NCBI GenBank assembly: GCA_963754945.1
Contig: CAVWIG010000028.1
Location: 64,001 to 128,000 of the forward strand
DNA: 64,000 nucleotides
Reading direction: 5' to 3'
From: Methanotrichaceae archaeon
Lineage (GTDB): Archaea; Halobacteriota; Methanosarcinia; Methanotrichales; Methanotrichaceae
Part shown: in pieces, positions 10,942-20,447 of the stretch
How positions within the stretch are numbered: position 1 is the stretch's first letter
Layout of the letters: every line of letters begins with the position of its first letter
Notes under the pieces: generated by a model
Told to the model about the DNA's origin: nothing
The model's input: only the letters and a program-made list of their open reading frames with translations
Databases searched by the model: none
Translations under genes and position numbers: made by a program

Positions 10942-11987
10942 ATAACCCTATAAGCCGCCAGAAAGAGGTTGTTCTCCGCTGGCGTACCGACGGACACGCG
11001 GATGTGATGATCTCCTGCTCCCCGGAATGACCGACAGTCTCTGATGATGATCCCCCTCTGTTGGAACTTCTCTGTAACAACGCCGGAAGGCTCTGCAGTT
11101 TCGAGGTAGAGGAAGTTGGCCTGAGAGGAATGCGCTCCTGTCTCCTTTCGCAGCCTCTCACGCTCCCTCCGAATCTCGTCCACGGAGCTGTGCGTGTAAC
11201 CTAAGTCGGAAAGGGCGGCCACACCAGCGGCTACCGAGGCGCAGGTAACTCCAAAGAAGGGCGGTGCTGCTCTTCTGTACTGGATGGCAATCCATTCAGG
11301 AACTACGGCATAACCCAGCCTCATGCCCGCTAACCCAAAGGCCTTGGACATTGTCCTACCCACAACGAGGTTGTCGTATTTCTTCACAAGGCTCAACAGG
11401 CTGCTGTCGGCGAACTCCACGTAGGCTTCGTCCAGGAAGACTACGGCCTCTGTGCTCTCCAGAATTTTTTTTACGTCCTCCTCCGGCGTGAGGTTGCCTG
11501 TGGGATTATTGGGAGAGCAGATGAAGACCATTTTCACATCCTTGGGGATATCCGTGGAGATCTCGAACTGTGGGCCTCGGGGGACAAATAGCGGAGTTGC
11601 ACCGCATAGCGTTGTCAGGATCTCGTAGTAGCTGAAGGTTGGGGTGTAGATGAGTGTTCTGTCACCCTTCTCCAGGAAGAGCCTTGTCAGGGTGTCCATC
11701 ACTCCGTCCATGCCCGAGCCTATTACTATCATCTCTTCAGGGTGACGTGTGTAGCCTACAAGGCCTTCCATCAACTCTTCTGGTTCAGGGTATCGCTCTG
11801 GCGAGATACCTTGCAGCAAAGAGAGCACCTTAGGGCTGGGACCGTAGGGGTTCTCGTTCGATCCAAGCTTGACTATCTTTTCCGGAGGGATGCCGTACTT
11901 TCTGGAGATCTCTGTGTAGCCCTTGCCCGCCACGTAGGGTTTGAGACTGTTAAGACATGGCCTAAGACTCTTCGAGAACCTCTCCAA
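10932..11987 (-). CDS. hisC: Histidinol-phosphate aminotransferase
   Basis: KLGSNENP, CSPNNPTG, DEAYVEF, RTMSKAFGLAGMRLGY. Confidence 0.93.
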   Translation of the reverse strand: MERFSKSLRPCLNSLKPYVAGKGYTEISRKYGIPPEKIVKLGSNENPYGPSPKVLSLLQGISPERYPEPEELMEGLVGYTRHPEEMIVIGSGMDGVMDTLTRLFLEKGDRTLIYTPTFSYYEILTTLCGATPLFVPRGPQFEISTDIPKDVKMVFICSPNNPTGNLTPEEDVKKILESTEAVVFLDEAYVEFADSSLLSLVKKYDNLVVGRTMSKAFGLAGMRLGYAVVPEWIAIQYRRAAPPFFGVTCASVAAGVAALSDLGYTHSSVDEIRRERERLRKETGAHSSQANFLYLETAEPSGVVTEKFQQRGIIIRDCRSFRGAGDHHIRVSVGTPAENNLFLAAYRVICA

Positions 11988-13191
11988 GGACTTTCACCAC
12001 TCTATCAATCTGCTCTTTGGTCACCACCAGTGGAGGGATGAACCTCAGGGTGTGTTCGCCCGTGTTGTTCAGGATCACTCCCCTATCGAGGGCCTTCTGG
12101 ACCACTTGTTTACAATCCGCATCCAGGTCCAGGCCTATCATCAGCCCAAGCCCGCGGACCTCCCGGGGCCCCAATCGTTCCAGCTCTGAGCGCATGTAAG
12201 CCCCCAGCTCCTTTGACCTCTGGACCATTTTCTCTGATCTGATGGCATCTATAGAGGCAAGCGCAGCGGCGCTGACAAGAGCGCCCCCAGCGAAGGTGGA
12301 GCCGTGGTCTCCCCTCTGGAAGGCTTCTGAGACGCTCTCGGAGGCGAGCATTGCCCCCATCGGAAGTCCGCCAGCCAGAGCCTTTGCTAGTGTCATTATG
12401 TCCGGTCCGACACCGGAGTGCTCTTTTCCAAACCACCTGCCAGTGCGGCCAAAGCCTGTCTGGACCTCGTCGAAGATGAGCAGCGCTCCGGCGTCATCGC
12501 AGACCTGGCGTGCAGCGCGAAGGTAATCGGCATCGGGCACATAGACTCCAGCCTCTCCCTGAATGGGCTCCAGGATTACTGCTCCGGTCTCTTTGGTCAC
12601 TGCAGCCTTCAGGGCCTCAGGGTCGTTGTAAGGCACGAACTCAGCTTCGTTCAGCGGCTTGAAGGGCTCCCTGTATATTGCTTTGTAGGTAGCGCCCAAA
12701 GCCCCCAGGGTCCTGCCGTGGAAGCTGCCCACCGCAGCAACCATCTTTGACTTGCCTGTGGCCCTTCGAGTGAGCTTAAGGGCAGCCTCCACGCTCTCTG
12801 CCCCGGAGTTGCAGAAGTAGGCCCTCTTCATTCCCGTGAGCTTCTTCAGCTCCTCAGCCAGGAGCACCTGGTTCTCGGTGTAGTACAGGTTGGAGGTGTG
12901 AATCAGAATCTCTGCCTGCCTCTTTATGGCCTCGACAACAGCAGGGTGGCAGTGGCCAACGTTGTTCACGGCTATTCCTGCCACGAAGTCGAGGTACTCC
13001 TTGCCCTCCGTGTCCCAGACCTTTGCGCCGGACCCGCGCACCAGAACCACCTTCTGACGGTTGTATGTCTGGATGATGGCCTCAGACTCCCTCTTCATCA
13101 GCTCGTCCTTGTCTATCATGGATACAGCATCCGGTTCAACCGCTTTGCACTTGTCATTCATAGCACCGCACTTGCTGCTCATAAAACTCAT
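11962..13191 (-). CDS. argD: Acetylornithine aminotransferase (start uncertain)
   Basis: NSGAESVE, FHGRT, EPIQGEAG, DEVQTGFGRTG, HGSTF. Confidence 0.92.
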   Translation of the reverse strand: MSFMSSKCGAMNDKCKAVEPDAVSMIDKDELMKRESEAIIQTYNRQKVVLVRGSGAKVWDTEGKEYLDFVAGIAVNNVGHCHPAVVEAIKRQAEILIHTSNLYYTENQVLLAEELKKLTGMKRAYFCNSGAESVEAALKLTRRATGKSKMVAAVGSFHGRTLGALGATYKAIYREPFKPLNEAEFVPYNDPEALKAAVTKETGAVILEPIQGEAGVYVPDADYLRAARQVCDDAGALLIFDEVQTGFGRTGRWFGKEHSGVGPDIMTLAKALAGGLPMGAMLASESVSEAFQRGDHGSTFAGGALVSAAALASIDAIRSEKMVQRSKELGAYMRSELERLGPREVRGLGLMIGLDLDADCKQVVQKALDRGVILNNTGEHTLRFIPPLVVTKEQIDRVVKVLGEVLEES

Positions 13192-13829
13192 AAAACGCTC
13201 CTGGCAAAGCGGAGGCTCGTCTGTATCTGGCGGTTGACGTCCCTGTCAGTGATCTCCATGTGGCCTGGATACAAAGTCTTGACGTCTAGGCCAGTCAACC
13301 TCTCGATGGACTTTATCAGCTTTATCGTGTCCCCACCGTACATGTCCGTCCGGCCGATGTTTCCGTCGGGAAAGACGGTGTCCCCGGAGAAGAGGACTTT
13401 CTCCGTCCTCTCGTAGAGGCAGATGCTGCCCTCTGAATGGCCTGGGGTCTCCAGGACCTCAAGCTTCCACGTTCCGATGTCCAGGACCATGCCGTTGGAC
13501 ACTGTCCCGTCGACTTTGTACTCAGGAGCTTTCTGTCCAAAGAGGTAGGACACTGTTGTGAGGTCGTCGCCCACGCAGCCCACCTCTTTTTCGCTTAGTA
13601 GGAGCTTCGCCCCAGTGACCTCCTTGATCTCCGGTGCAGCCCCGGAGTGGTCGTGGTGGCAGTGAGTAAGAACTATCGTCTCTATCTTTTTGGGATCTAT
13701 ATATTTTCTGATATTTTTTAAGGTGGGTCCGGCCACCATGCCAGCGTCAACCAGTATGGGCCTCTCGTCGAGGATCAGGTAGACGTTGCCATCGTTGGCG
13801 GTACCGCTAACCTTATGCACTTCGACCAT
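13188..13829 (-). CDS. MBL-fold metallo-hydrolase
   Basis: THCHHDH, TPGHS, FSGD, PGH; start trimmed to MVEVHK. Confidence 0.9.
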   Translation of the reverse strand: MVEVHKVSGTANDGNVYLILDERPILVDAGMVAGPTLKNIRKYIDPKKIETIVLTHCHHDHSGAAPEIKEVTGAKLLLSEKEVGCVGDDLTTVSYLFGQKAPEYKVDGTVSNGMVLDIGTWKLEVLETPGHSEGSICLYERTEKVLFSGDTVFPDGNIGRTDMYGGDTIKLIKSIERLTGLDVKTLYPGHMEITDRDVNRQIQTSLRFARSVL

Positions 13830-13879
13830 GCAAACACCTTCCCAAGGACTGTAACTCTTACTGTATATTAGTTGATAGC

Positions 13880-15154
13880 ATGACCCTGATGGAAGAGGCA
13901 AACGGTGGGCAGGTGCCCAAAGATATCGAACTCGCAGCAAAGCGTGAGGGAATAGAGCCAGCCAGGCTAGCCAGGCTTGTTGCAGCGGGCCGCGTAGTTA
14001 TACCAAGGAACGTTCGCCGGGAGATCGAGCCCATGGGTGTAGGGGAGCTTCTGACCACCAAGGTGAACGTGAACGTCGGGACTTCGCAGGCTCTGGACAG
14101 TCCAGAGACTGAGGTGGAGAAGGCCCTGGCAGCGGTGGAGGCGGGTGCTGACACTGTAATGGACCTGTCAACTGGCGGAGACCTGGACCTGGTTCGCCGC
14201 AGGATCCTCGATTCAGTCAGGGTTCCAGTCGGATCGGTTCCCATTTACAATGCAGCGGTCAAGAAGGATCTCACCTCGCAGGGCCTCTTCGATGCTCTCG
14301 AGAAGCACGCCAAGGACGGAGTGGACTATGTGACGGTTCATGTGGGCGTGAACAAGGTCTCCCTTGAACGGCTCAAACAGGACCCGCGGATCATGGGAGT
14401 TGTGAGCCGTGGCGGTTCGCTGACGATGAAGTACATCGCCGAGACAGGCGAGGATAACCCCTACTACGAGGAGTACGACTACCTCCTGGAGATGGCCAGG
14501 GAGTACGAGCTTACCCTGAGCTTGGGCGACGGCCTCCGTCCCGGCTGCATAGAGGACGCCTCGGACCGGGCCAAGTACATGGAGTTCATAATGCTTGGCG
14601 AGCTGGTCCGGAGGGCCCGAAAGGCCGGAGTGCAGGCAATGGTGGAGGGACCAGGGCACGTTCCGGCTGACGAGATCGAAACATCGGTCCGGGCCATGAA
14701 GCACTTGACGGACGGAGCACCGCTGTACCTGCTGGGGCCGCTGGTCACGGACATCGCTCCAGGCTACGACCACATCACTGCGGCCATGGGTGGAGTGATT
14801 GCAGGTATGGCAGGGGCTGACTTCCTCTGTGCCACGACACCCTCCGAGCACCTCGATCTTCCGACGAAGGAGGACGTAATTGAGGGCACTTATGTCACCA
14901 GAGTGGCCGCTCACGCCGCAGACCTGACCCGGCCGGGCGTTCGGGAACGCGCGCGGGCCTGGGACCTGAGGATGGCAAAAGCACGGGCGGAGCTGGATTG
15001 GGAAGGGCAGTTCAATGCTGCCATAAATCCCGCCAGGGCAAGGCAGATTCGGCATCGTCGGGGCGTGGAGACGGACACCTGCACCATGTGCAGCGAGCTG
15101 TGTGCCATCAGGCTGGCAAAAGAAGCGATGGAACGGGAGAAGGAGCGGAAGTGA
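13880..15154 (+). CDS. thiC: ThiC-family radical SAM enzyme (phosphomethylpyrimidine synthase; a Bza-type paralogue is not excluded)
   Basis: [37 protein letters not shown]...C. Confidence 0.9.
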   Translation: MTLMEEANGGQVPKDIELAAKREGIEPARLARLVAAGRVVIPRNVRREIEPMGVGELLTTKVNVNVGTSQALDSPETEVEKALAAVEAGADTVMDLSTGGDLDLVRRRILDSVRVPVGSVPIYNAAVKKDLTSQGLFDALEKHAKDGVDYVTVHVGVNKVSLERLKQDPRIMGVVSRGGSLTMKYIAETGEDNPYYEEYDYLLEMAREYELTLSLGDGLRPGCIEDASDRAKYMEFIMLGELVRRARKAGVQAMVEGPGHVPADEIETSVRAMKHLTDGAPLYLLGPLVTDIAPGYDHITAAMGGVIAGMAGADFLCATTPSEHLDLPTKEDVIEGTYVTRVAAHAADLTRPGVRERARAWDLRMAKARAELDWEGQFNAAINPARARQIRHRRGVETDTCTMCSELCAIRLAKEAMEREKERK

Positions 15155-15220
15155 GCCGCCCTTCATGGATACAATAGTAAACCGCCATGGAGTAGAGTGA
15201 TTGCTGCTTTATTTTTAAGT

Positions 15221-15795
15221 GAATACCCCGCAGCTTGCTGCGGGGATGAGCATGAAAACCGACTTAAGGGTAGTTGCATATTCGGCTTATGGTTAAATTA
15301 GGAAGGGCGAATCATTGCGTGTACAAAATTAGGTATCACATGGTTCTATGTATAAAGTATAGAAAGAAATTACTTTCTCGAAATAATAAGATTGAATATT
15401 TCAAATATATTTGCTCAGAATTGGGAGAACGATATCAATTTGTATTTGATGCCATTGGGACTGATGGAGATCACATACATATTTTCGTTGGAGCAGCTCC
15501 AAAGCATTCGCCATCAAGGATTATGCAAATAATAAAAAGCATAACCGCAAGAGAAATTTTCAAAAGATTTCCTCAAATCAAAAAAGCACTTTGGGGCAGC
15601 GAATTTTGGAGCGATGGGGGGATATATTGGGACGGTAGGTGATGGGATATTATCGGACATAATTCGCAATTATGTCGAAATGCAAGGAACAACGGAAGAA
15701 AAAGAAGGATTTAAGCAAATGAGTTTGCTTGAATTCGATTAACTTGGCGGCGGCGGGAACATGCCCCGCCTGCTTGCAGCGGGGTCCGCCGCCGC
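15221..15795 (+). mobile_element. IS200-type element (tnpA only) with terminal hairpins; exact ends approximate
   Basis: Left hairpin CCCCGCAGC-TT-GCTGCGGGG at 15226-15245; right hairpin CCCCGCCTGCTTGCAGCGGGG at 15764-15784, enclosed by GGCGGCGG/CCGCCGCC; AT-rich tnpA between them. Confidence 0.88.
15289..15742 (+). pseudogene. tnpA: IS200/IS605 Y1 transposase, frameshifted
   Basis: YHMVLCIKYR, DHIH (HUH), KS.TAR, FWSDG; G6 run at 15616-15621 shifts YIGTVG...RNYVEMQ out of frame. Confidence 0.88.
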
Positions 15796-15904
15796 AACGT
15801 TTGACTTTTGGTCACCAATAAGAGAAATCCAGGATTTAGATGAAGGCTGATATCCCATCGATTTGTGATCGAATTGATAGCCTCCGATGAATTTAAGTGG
15901 CTGA

Positions 15905-16005
15905 GCATGCAGTAAGACAAATAGCCGCATCCTGCTTTGCCCCATGCTGCGCCCCATGAGATCTTTATGAAGAGTGACACCGCCCAACGGTATTTTCATG
16001 GATTC
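15905..16005 (-). pseudogene. Remnant of a papain-like C1 cysteine peptidase C-terminus
   Basis: SLFIKISWGAAWGKAGCGYLSY resembles the IxNSWGxxWGxxGYxxLPY signature. Confidence 0.55.
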
Positions 16006-16065
16006 GACTAGGAACTTTTTTTAGCGTGATCGTTGGATGGATGGTCGGTTGTAAAATAAGGTCCG

Positions 16066-16094
16066 GCTCGATCGGGCGATAAGCCTGATCGAGC
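16066..16094. terminator. Stem-loop just downstream of the S53 peptidase gene
   Basis: GCTCGATCGGGC-GATAA-GCCTGATCGAGC. Confidence 0.55.
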
Positions 16095-16107
16095 GCCACT
16101 ACGGTCA

Positions 16108-17679
16108 TCAAAGGTTGCTTAGAGCTTGCAGCAGCTTGGTTCCGTCAGGTGTGCCGAGACCAGTGCAGGGGTCCCAGCCCGGCCCGGCATTGTAAGCTCC
16201 ATTGTTGCCAACGGTTATATCACGCAATGCGCCAGAATTAGCTAGCTGGTTGTAGAGCAGAGGGTTCAGATAGCCAACAGGCTTTCCGAGCTTCTGGTTG
16301 ATGAGGGCTATCAGGCCAGCCCAAAGGGGAGCTACCGCACTGGTTCCGCCGAAAACATCATTCTGTCCGTTGAGCAGTATGATGTAGCCAGTATTGGGAT
16401 CTGCATCTCCGGCTACGTCTGGTATACCCCTTCCTACTTTACCGCCGGGATTCGTCGATGGAGGGACATTGGCGTTTGATTGCCAGCTTGGCAACGGGAA
16501 GAAATCGCTTATACCCCCGCCAGTTGCACTTCCCGGACCAGCGTTCCATGTGGTCTCACTTGAAGCATCAAGCCTTGTGCCGCCGCAACCTGTGGCATAT
16601 GGACTGGATGCAGGGAAATCCGCATGAGCCATGTTGTCAGTTTCATTGTCTTTTGAACCGTCATCCCCGGCTGCAACAAAGACTGTAACGCCCACAGCAG
16701 CAGCAGCCTGGATGGCCTGGTCCATGGCTTGCATGGCCTGAGATGTCCATTCCTTCTCTGCTGCGCCCCAGCTTATTGATATTACTGTTGGCTTATTGAT
16801 TTTATCGTGAACAGCGGCGTTGATGGCATCAAGGAACCCTTTGTCTGAGTTGGGAGCAAAATAAACTGCAAGCTTCGACTTGGGAGCTATGCCTCCAGCC
16901 ACTTCGATATCGAGAACGACCTCACCATCTGCATCGCTTCCGGGCTGGTTTCGCGCACCATCGACTGAGATTGCGGTGACCTTGGGTTGGGTTAATTTAA
17001 GCCCTTTGAAATATGTGCTGATATCCTTAGCCTTGTAACCGCCCCCAAGTTCAATAATAGCTATGCACTGGTTACTGCCATCCAGTCCAGGTGGGAAATT
17101 GTAGAGCTCTGCAAGCTGGGGCGGAGTATAAGAGATCCCCGCAGCCATAGCCCTTACAGTCCCTCCTTGTTTTTCAAGGCGAACCGAGTGGGGCCTGAAC
17201 ACATGACGATCGTCTAGCCCGAAGACGCCAACGATGATTGAGGCCAGATCGGCAGGCACCTGGACCGGACCAACACGGCCTCTGTACTTGCCAGTTGGGC
17301 TATCGTACATTGAGAGCTTGGTGCCAAATGCCTCACTCAGATCAGTTACGGTGCCTGATAGGGATATACTGCTGCTTTCAGGACTTACCTTAACGATGGT
17401 CAAGCCATGTTCATGGGCGAATTCTTCTATCTTCGCGAGATCATCCGGATTTAGGGCATTGGCCGTGGCAAACTCCTCGCGGCTTAAATATCTGCGCTCC
17501 TTCAGCGGCTGAGCGCTAATCTCTCTGACTGAAGAAATCTGTGTACCTGCTCCTTTTGAGCGAAGAACAACAGTCACTTCTACAACTTCATTTGGGTCAG
17601 GTGTGCCAACTGACTTGGCATTTTTCACAAGAGCGCGTTCGCTTCCCGAGATAGGTTTTAGATCTTTACCGACAACCAT
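16108..17679 (-). CDS. S53 (kumamolisin/sedolisin) peptidase with pro-domain
   Basis: Pro-kumamolisin region (RYLSREEF...GLDD), EVVLDIE, SISWG, AAGDDG, GGTSAVAP, WDPCTGLG. Confidence 0.93.
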   Translation of the reverse strand: MVVGKDLKPISGSERALVKNAKSVGTPDPNEVVEVTVVLRSKGAGTQISSVREISAQPLKERRYLSREEFATANALNPDDLAKIEEFAHEHGLTIVKVSPESSSISLSGTVTDLSEAFGTKLSMYDSPTGKYRGRVGPVQVPADLASIIVGVFGLDDRHVFRPHSVRLEKQGGTVRAMAAGISYTPPQLAELYNFPPGLDGSNQCIAIIELGGGYKAKDISTYFKGLKLTQPKVTAISVDGARNQPGSDADGEVVLDIEVAGGIAPKSKLAVYFAPNSDKGFLDAINAAVHDKINKPTVISISWGAAEKEWTSQAMQAMDQAIQAAAAVGVTVFVAAGDDGSKDNETDNMAHADFPASSPYATGCGGTRLDASSETTWNAGPGSATGGGISDFFPLPSWQSNANVPPSTNPGGKVGRGIPDVAGDADPNTGYIILLNGQNDVFGGTSAVAPLWAGLIALINQKLGKPVGYLNPLLYNQLANSGALRDITVGNNGAYNAGPGWDPCTGLGTPDGTKLLQALSNL

Positions 17680-17824
17680 ATATTTTCACCTTTTATAGGT
17701 AATACTCCTTTATCGTATATATAACCAATAATTTTTTAGAGAGTCATATGTGGAATATCTTAAATAAATTTATATTGATTAATTTATGATTTAAGCTCAC
17801 TAGATATAACAACCAGCTACTGCC

Positions 17825-17913
17825 ATGATCGAGGGCATGCAAGATCACGCGCACGTGCCTGGGACCTGCGGATGGTAAAATCACGGGCTGAGCTGAACTG
17901 GGAAGGGCAGTTC
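17825..17913 (+). pseudogene. Diverged internal fragment of thiC
   Basis: 17847-17913 matches 14947-15013 at 59/67 nt; [22 protein letters not shown] vs [22 protein letters not shown]. Confidence 0.85.
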
Positions 17914-17978
17914 CTAACTAGAACAATTCTTAAATATCATGTCTTAACAACTTTATACCATTAAAGGAGCTAACTTCT

Positions 17979-18134
17979 ATGGCAGAATGCGAAAACACAC
18001 ACGTATTCATCAGAGACCAGCTTCCCTATGGTGGTGGGGTAAATATTCGGGGCCAGATAGTCTGGCGCATCACCAAGGAAGAGCACGATGCCATGAAAGC
18101 GAGAGTCTTGAGCCTATTCGAGGAAGATGAGTAG
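17979..18134 (+). CDS. 51-aa protein, candidate antitoxin of the downstream PIN toxin
   Basis: MAECENTHVFIRDQLPYGGGVNIRGQIVWRITKEEHDAMKARVLSLFEEDE; AAGGAG upstream; overlaps the PIN start. Confidence 0.55.
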   Translation: MAECENTHVFIRDQLPYGGGVNIRGQIVWRITKEEHDAMKARVLSLFEEDE

Positions 18135-18534
18135 GATTGCAGTCGATTCTAATATCTTTTTCTTCTCCTTCAAATCCCATCGCAGAGACATAAACCCTCG
18201 TGATGTTGAACGGCTTCTGAGAAAAATGAGTGGCGATCCGAGGATTGATCTCTTCGTGCCCGTTTCTGTTTTTGGTGAGAGTGTTATCGAGTGCCTCCAA
18301 GGAGAAAGAGCTGGCGACAGCGGGCATGATGTAAAGAGCTTTATCGCTTGATCGAGCTTTGGAGTGCTTTGAACCTGCTGTTTCTTTATCCAAACGATGT
18401 AGTTGCAGCCGTCTGTTATCAGTTAAGCCAGAGAAAAGAGGAAAGGAGAGATTTTAGGCTTTCTGATACAGATCTGGTCCATCTTGGATACGTCCTGGCG
18501 CACGAGATGGATTATTTCTTGACCACCGACAAGG

Positions 18535-19819
18535 GAGAGTTTCGAAAAACTAATCAATCGAAATACTTATATACTATTAATACTATAATATAATGCATGA
18601 GGACTCTCATTGATTTTGCCATTCGAGCAGAATATGCTCGAGTAAAAGCCCTCGGAGATGATCTATCCGAGATCGGATCGTTGATCAATTGGGAGCGTTT
18701 CAGATTTTTGGAACCATTGATATACAAAAATAAAACTAGCCGCGGAGGTCGTCCGAACATTGACATCGTGATTATGGTGAAAGCTCTCGTAATTCAGCAT
18801 TGGTTTGGTCTAACAGATCCAGAACTGGAGCGACAGGTTGCGGATAGGATCTCTTTTCGTATTTTCCTTGGCACCACTGAAGTAATTCCTGATTTCAGCA
18901 CAGTTTGGCTATTCCGTGAACGTTTGATTAAGTGCGACGTATACGATGATCTTTGGAATGAGCTTCAAAGGCAGCTCGATGAGATGGGGTTTACTGTAAA
19001 GAATGGCACTATCCAGGATGCAACCTTCATAACTTCGGACCCAGGTCGGAAGAGGAACAAGAAAGACGAGCAAGGCGGGGACAAAAAGGAAGGTCAAGAT
19101 TCCGAAGCCACCAGTACGAGCCTGAATCAGGAGTTTGATAAAGAGCTAATTGGTATTTCAAATAATATTATTGATGACAAGGCCAAACCACAGAGACTCG
19201 AAGAAGAGCCAATAAATGAGGGAAGTTGGGCAAAAAAGGGTGTCAAATCCTTTTTCGGATATAAAGGTCATATCTCAATCGATACCAATTACCACCTTAT
19301 CAGATATTTTGAGACTACAACTGCTTCTGTACACGATAGTCAGGTAGATCTTGGAATTGAAGGGCTACCACGTTACGCCGATAAGGGATATGATGGTGCA
19401 AAAACTCGAGGATATGATGCAGCCATGAAAAAAGCTACAAGAGGTCACAAGCTTGGAATCATAGATCTTCTGAGGAATAAGAGAATCAGTAAAACGCGAT
19501 CGCACATCGAAAGATGCTTCGCTGTTATGAAGCGGGGGCATAAGGGAGCACATGTTTATGTAACAACTGTCGCAAGAGCTGGAGTAAAATTCATGATGAA
19601 TTCGGTCGTTTACAACCTGGAACAGTTGAAATATTTAGTGCATAAACAAACAGCCTAGCGGAAGCTCTCTAAAAAAGCGCAAAAATTAGAAACAACAAGG
19701 TAAATTGAAATCTAATAAGCCAATTTAGGGGTGAAATATGCTAAAAAACCACTATAAAGATTGAAAATATTAACGCAAGAATTTAAGGCTTCATTAACCA
19801 ACACTAAATCGAAACCCTC
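18535..19819 (+). mobile_element. Complete IS5-family insertion sequence, 1285 bp
   Basis: Inverted repeats GAGAGTTTCGA / TCGAAACCCTC; AAGG duplication at 18531-18534 and 19820-19823. Confidence 0.92.
18597..19658 (+). CDS. IS5-family DDE transposase
   Basis: GGRP, LTDPELE, PDFST, QDAT, FGYKGH, ADKGY, RSHIERCF. Confidence 0.93.
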   Translation: MRTLIDFAIRAEYARVKALGDDLSEIGSLINWERFRFLEPLIYKNKTSRGGRPNIDIVIMVKALVIQHWFGLTDPELERQVADRISFRIFLGTTEVIPDFSTVWLFRERLIKCDVYDDLWNELQRQLDEMGFTVKNGTIQDATFITSDPGRKRNKKDEQGGDKKEGQDSEATSTSLNQEFDKELIGISNNIIDDKAKPQRLEEEPINEGSWAKKGVKSFFGYKGHISIDTNYHLIRYFETTTASVHDSQVDLGIEGLPRYADKGYDGAKTRGYDAAMKKATRGHKLGIIDLLRNKRISKTRSHIERCFAVMKRGHKGAHVYVTTVARAGVKFMMNSVVYNLEQLKYLVHKQTA

Positions 19820-19879
19820 AAGGATCTGAAACACGTTGATCCCTACATTCCAAGAAAGCAAAGCTGCGAGTAATTGGCC

Positions 19880-19989
19880 TTGAAGATGCCAGGGATCTAT
19901 TTTGAATGATGATCCCTTGATTGGCATTTCGTTACCTTAGAAGGATTGCTACACCGTATGTCCAGCAGCCACTGCGTATCATCCCTCAT
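19880..19989 (-). pseudogene. HEPN (DUF86) toxin remnant, internally deleted
   Basis: Start [11 protein letters not shown] overlaps the MNT stop (ATGA); similarity is lost after this and the left boundary is approximate. Confidence 0.5.
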
Positions 19990-20275
19990 AGTGACACAGC
20001 TTCTTTCAGTACTCGGTCTCGAATCCTTTTCCTAAGCCCCTTTTCCGTCACGACTTCCACGCGACATCCCAAAAGATCCTGCAGTTCCATAAGAAGCCCG
20101 CCAGATCAAGCAGGCTCAGCCCGGCTCCATCTCCACAAGAAGGTCCAGATCGCTGGCTACATCTGCCTCGCCCCTGGCAACTGAGCCGAAGAGGCGAACC
20201 GTTAGGACTCCGTGCTTGGCAGCGATGTGTAATATCTCCCAGCGCTTGTCCCTGAGTGACTGGATGTTCTGAATA
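19986..20275 (-). pseudogene. Minimal nucleotidyltransferase (MNT) antitoxin with two frameshifts
   Basis: Reconstructs to [88 protein letters not shown]. Confidence 0.85.
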
Positions 20276-20447
20276 AGACTCCCTGCTGCGGATATGCCCG
20301 CAATTCCATAAGAGCTGCATGATATTTATCTTTGCTTAATCGAACTGGTTAGCTCATCTGGACGAAGAAATGCTATTGCAATAGTTTCGCTAGTGTGGTC
20401 CTTTATTTAAAGATGAAGAAAGAGCTGATGGAGAGAGATAAAAGAAG

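Larger units (their letters stand above)
18127..19873 (+). pseudogene. PIN/VapC-like nuclease, frameshifted and interrupted by an IS5-family element
   Basis: IAVDSNIF, E, D.VH and TTDK motifs; frameshift near 18333; C-terminus DLKHVDPYIPRKQSCE* resumes after the IS. Confidence 0.8.

Noticed and set aside
14213-15166. 317-aa antisense ORF
   Set aside because: Codon-bias shadow of thiC
15743-16107. tnpB/omegaRNA next to the IS200 tnpA
   Set aside because: The right-end hairpin follows the tnpA stop directly and no RuvC or Zn-finger ORF is present
19712-20320. Track ORFs 19712-19927, 19921-20184 and 20048-20320 as genes
   Set aside because: Explained as off-frame or antisense readings of the MNT-HEPN pseudogenes and the IS end
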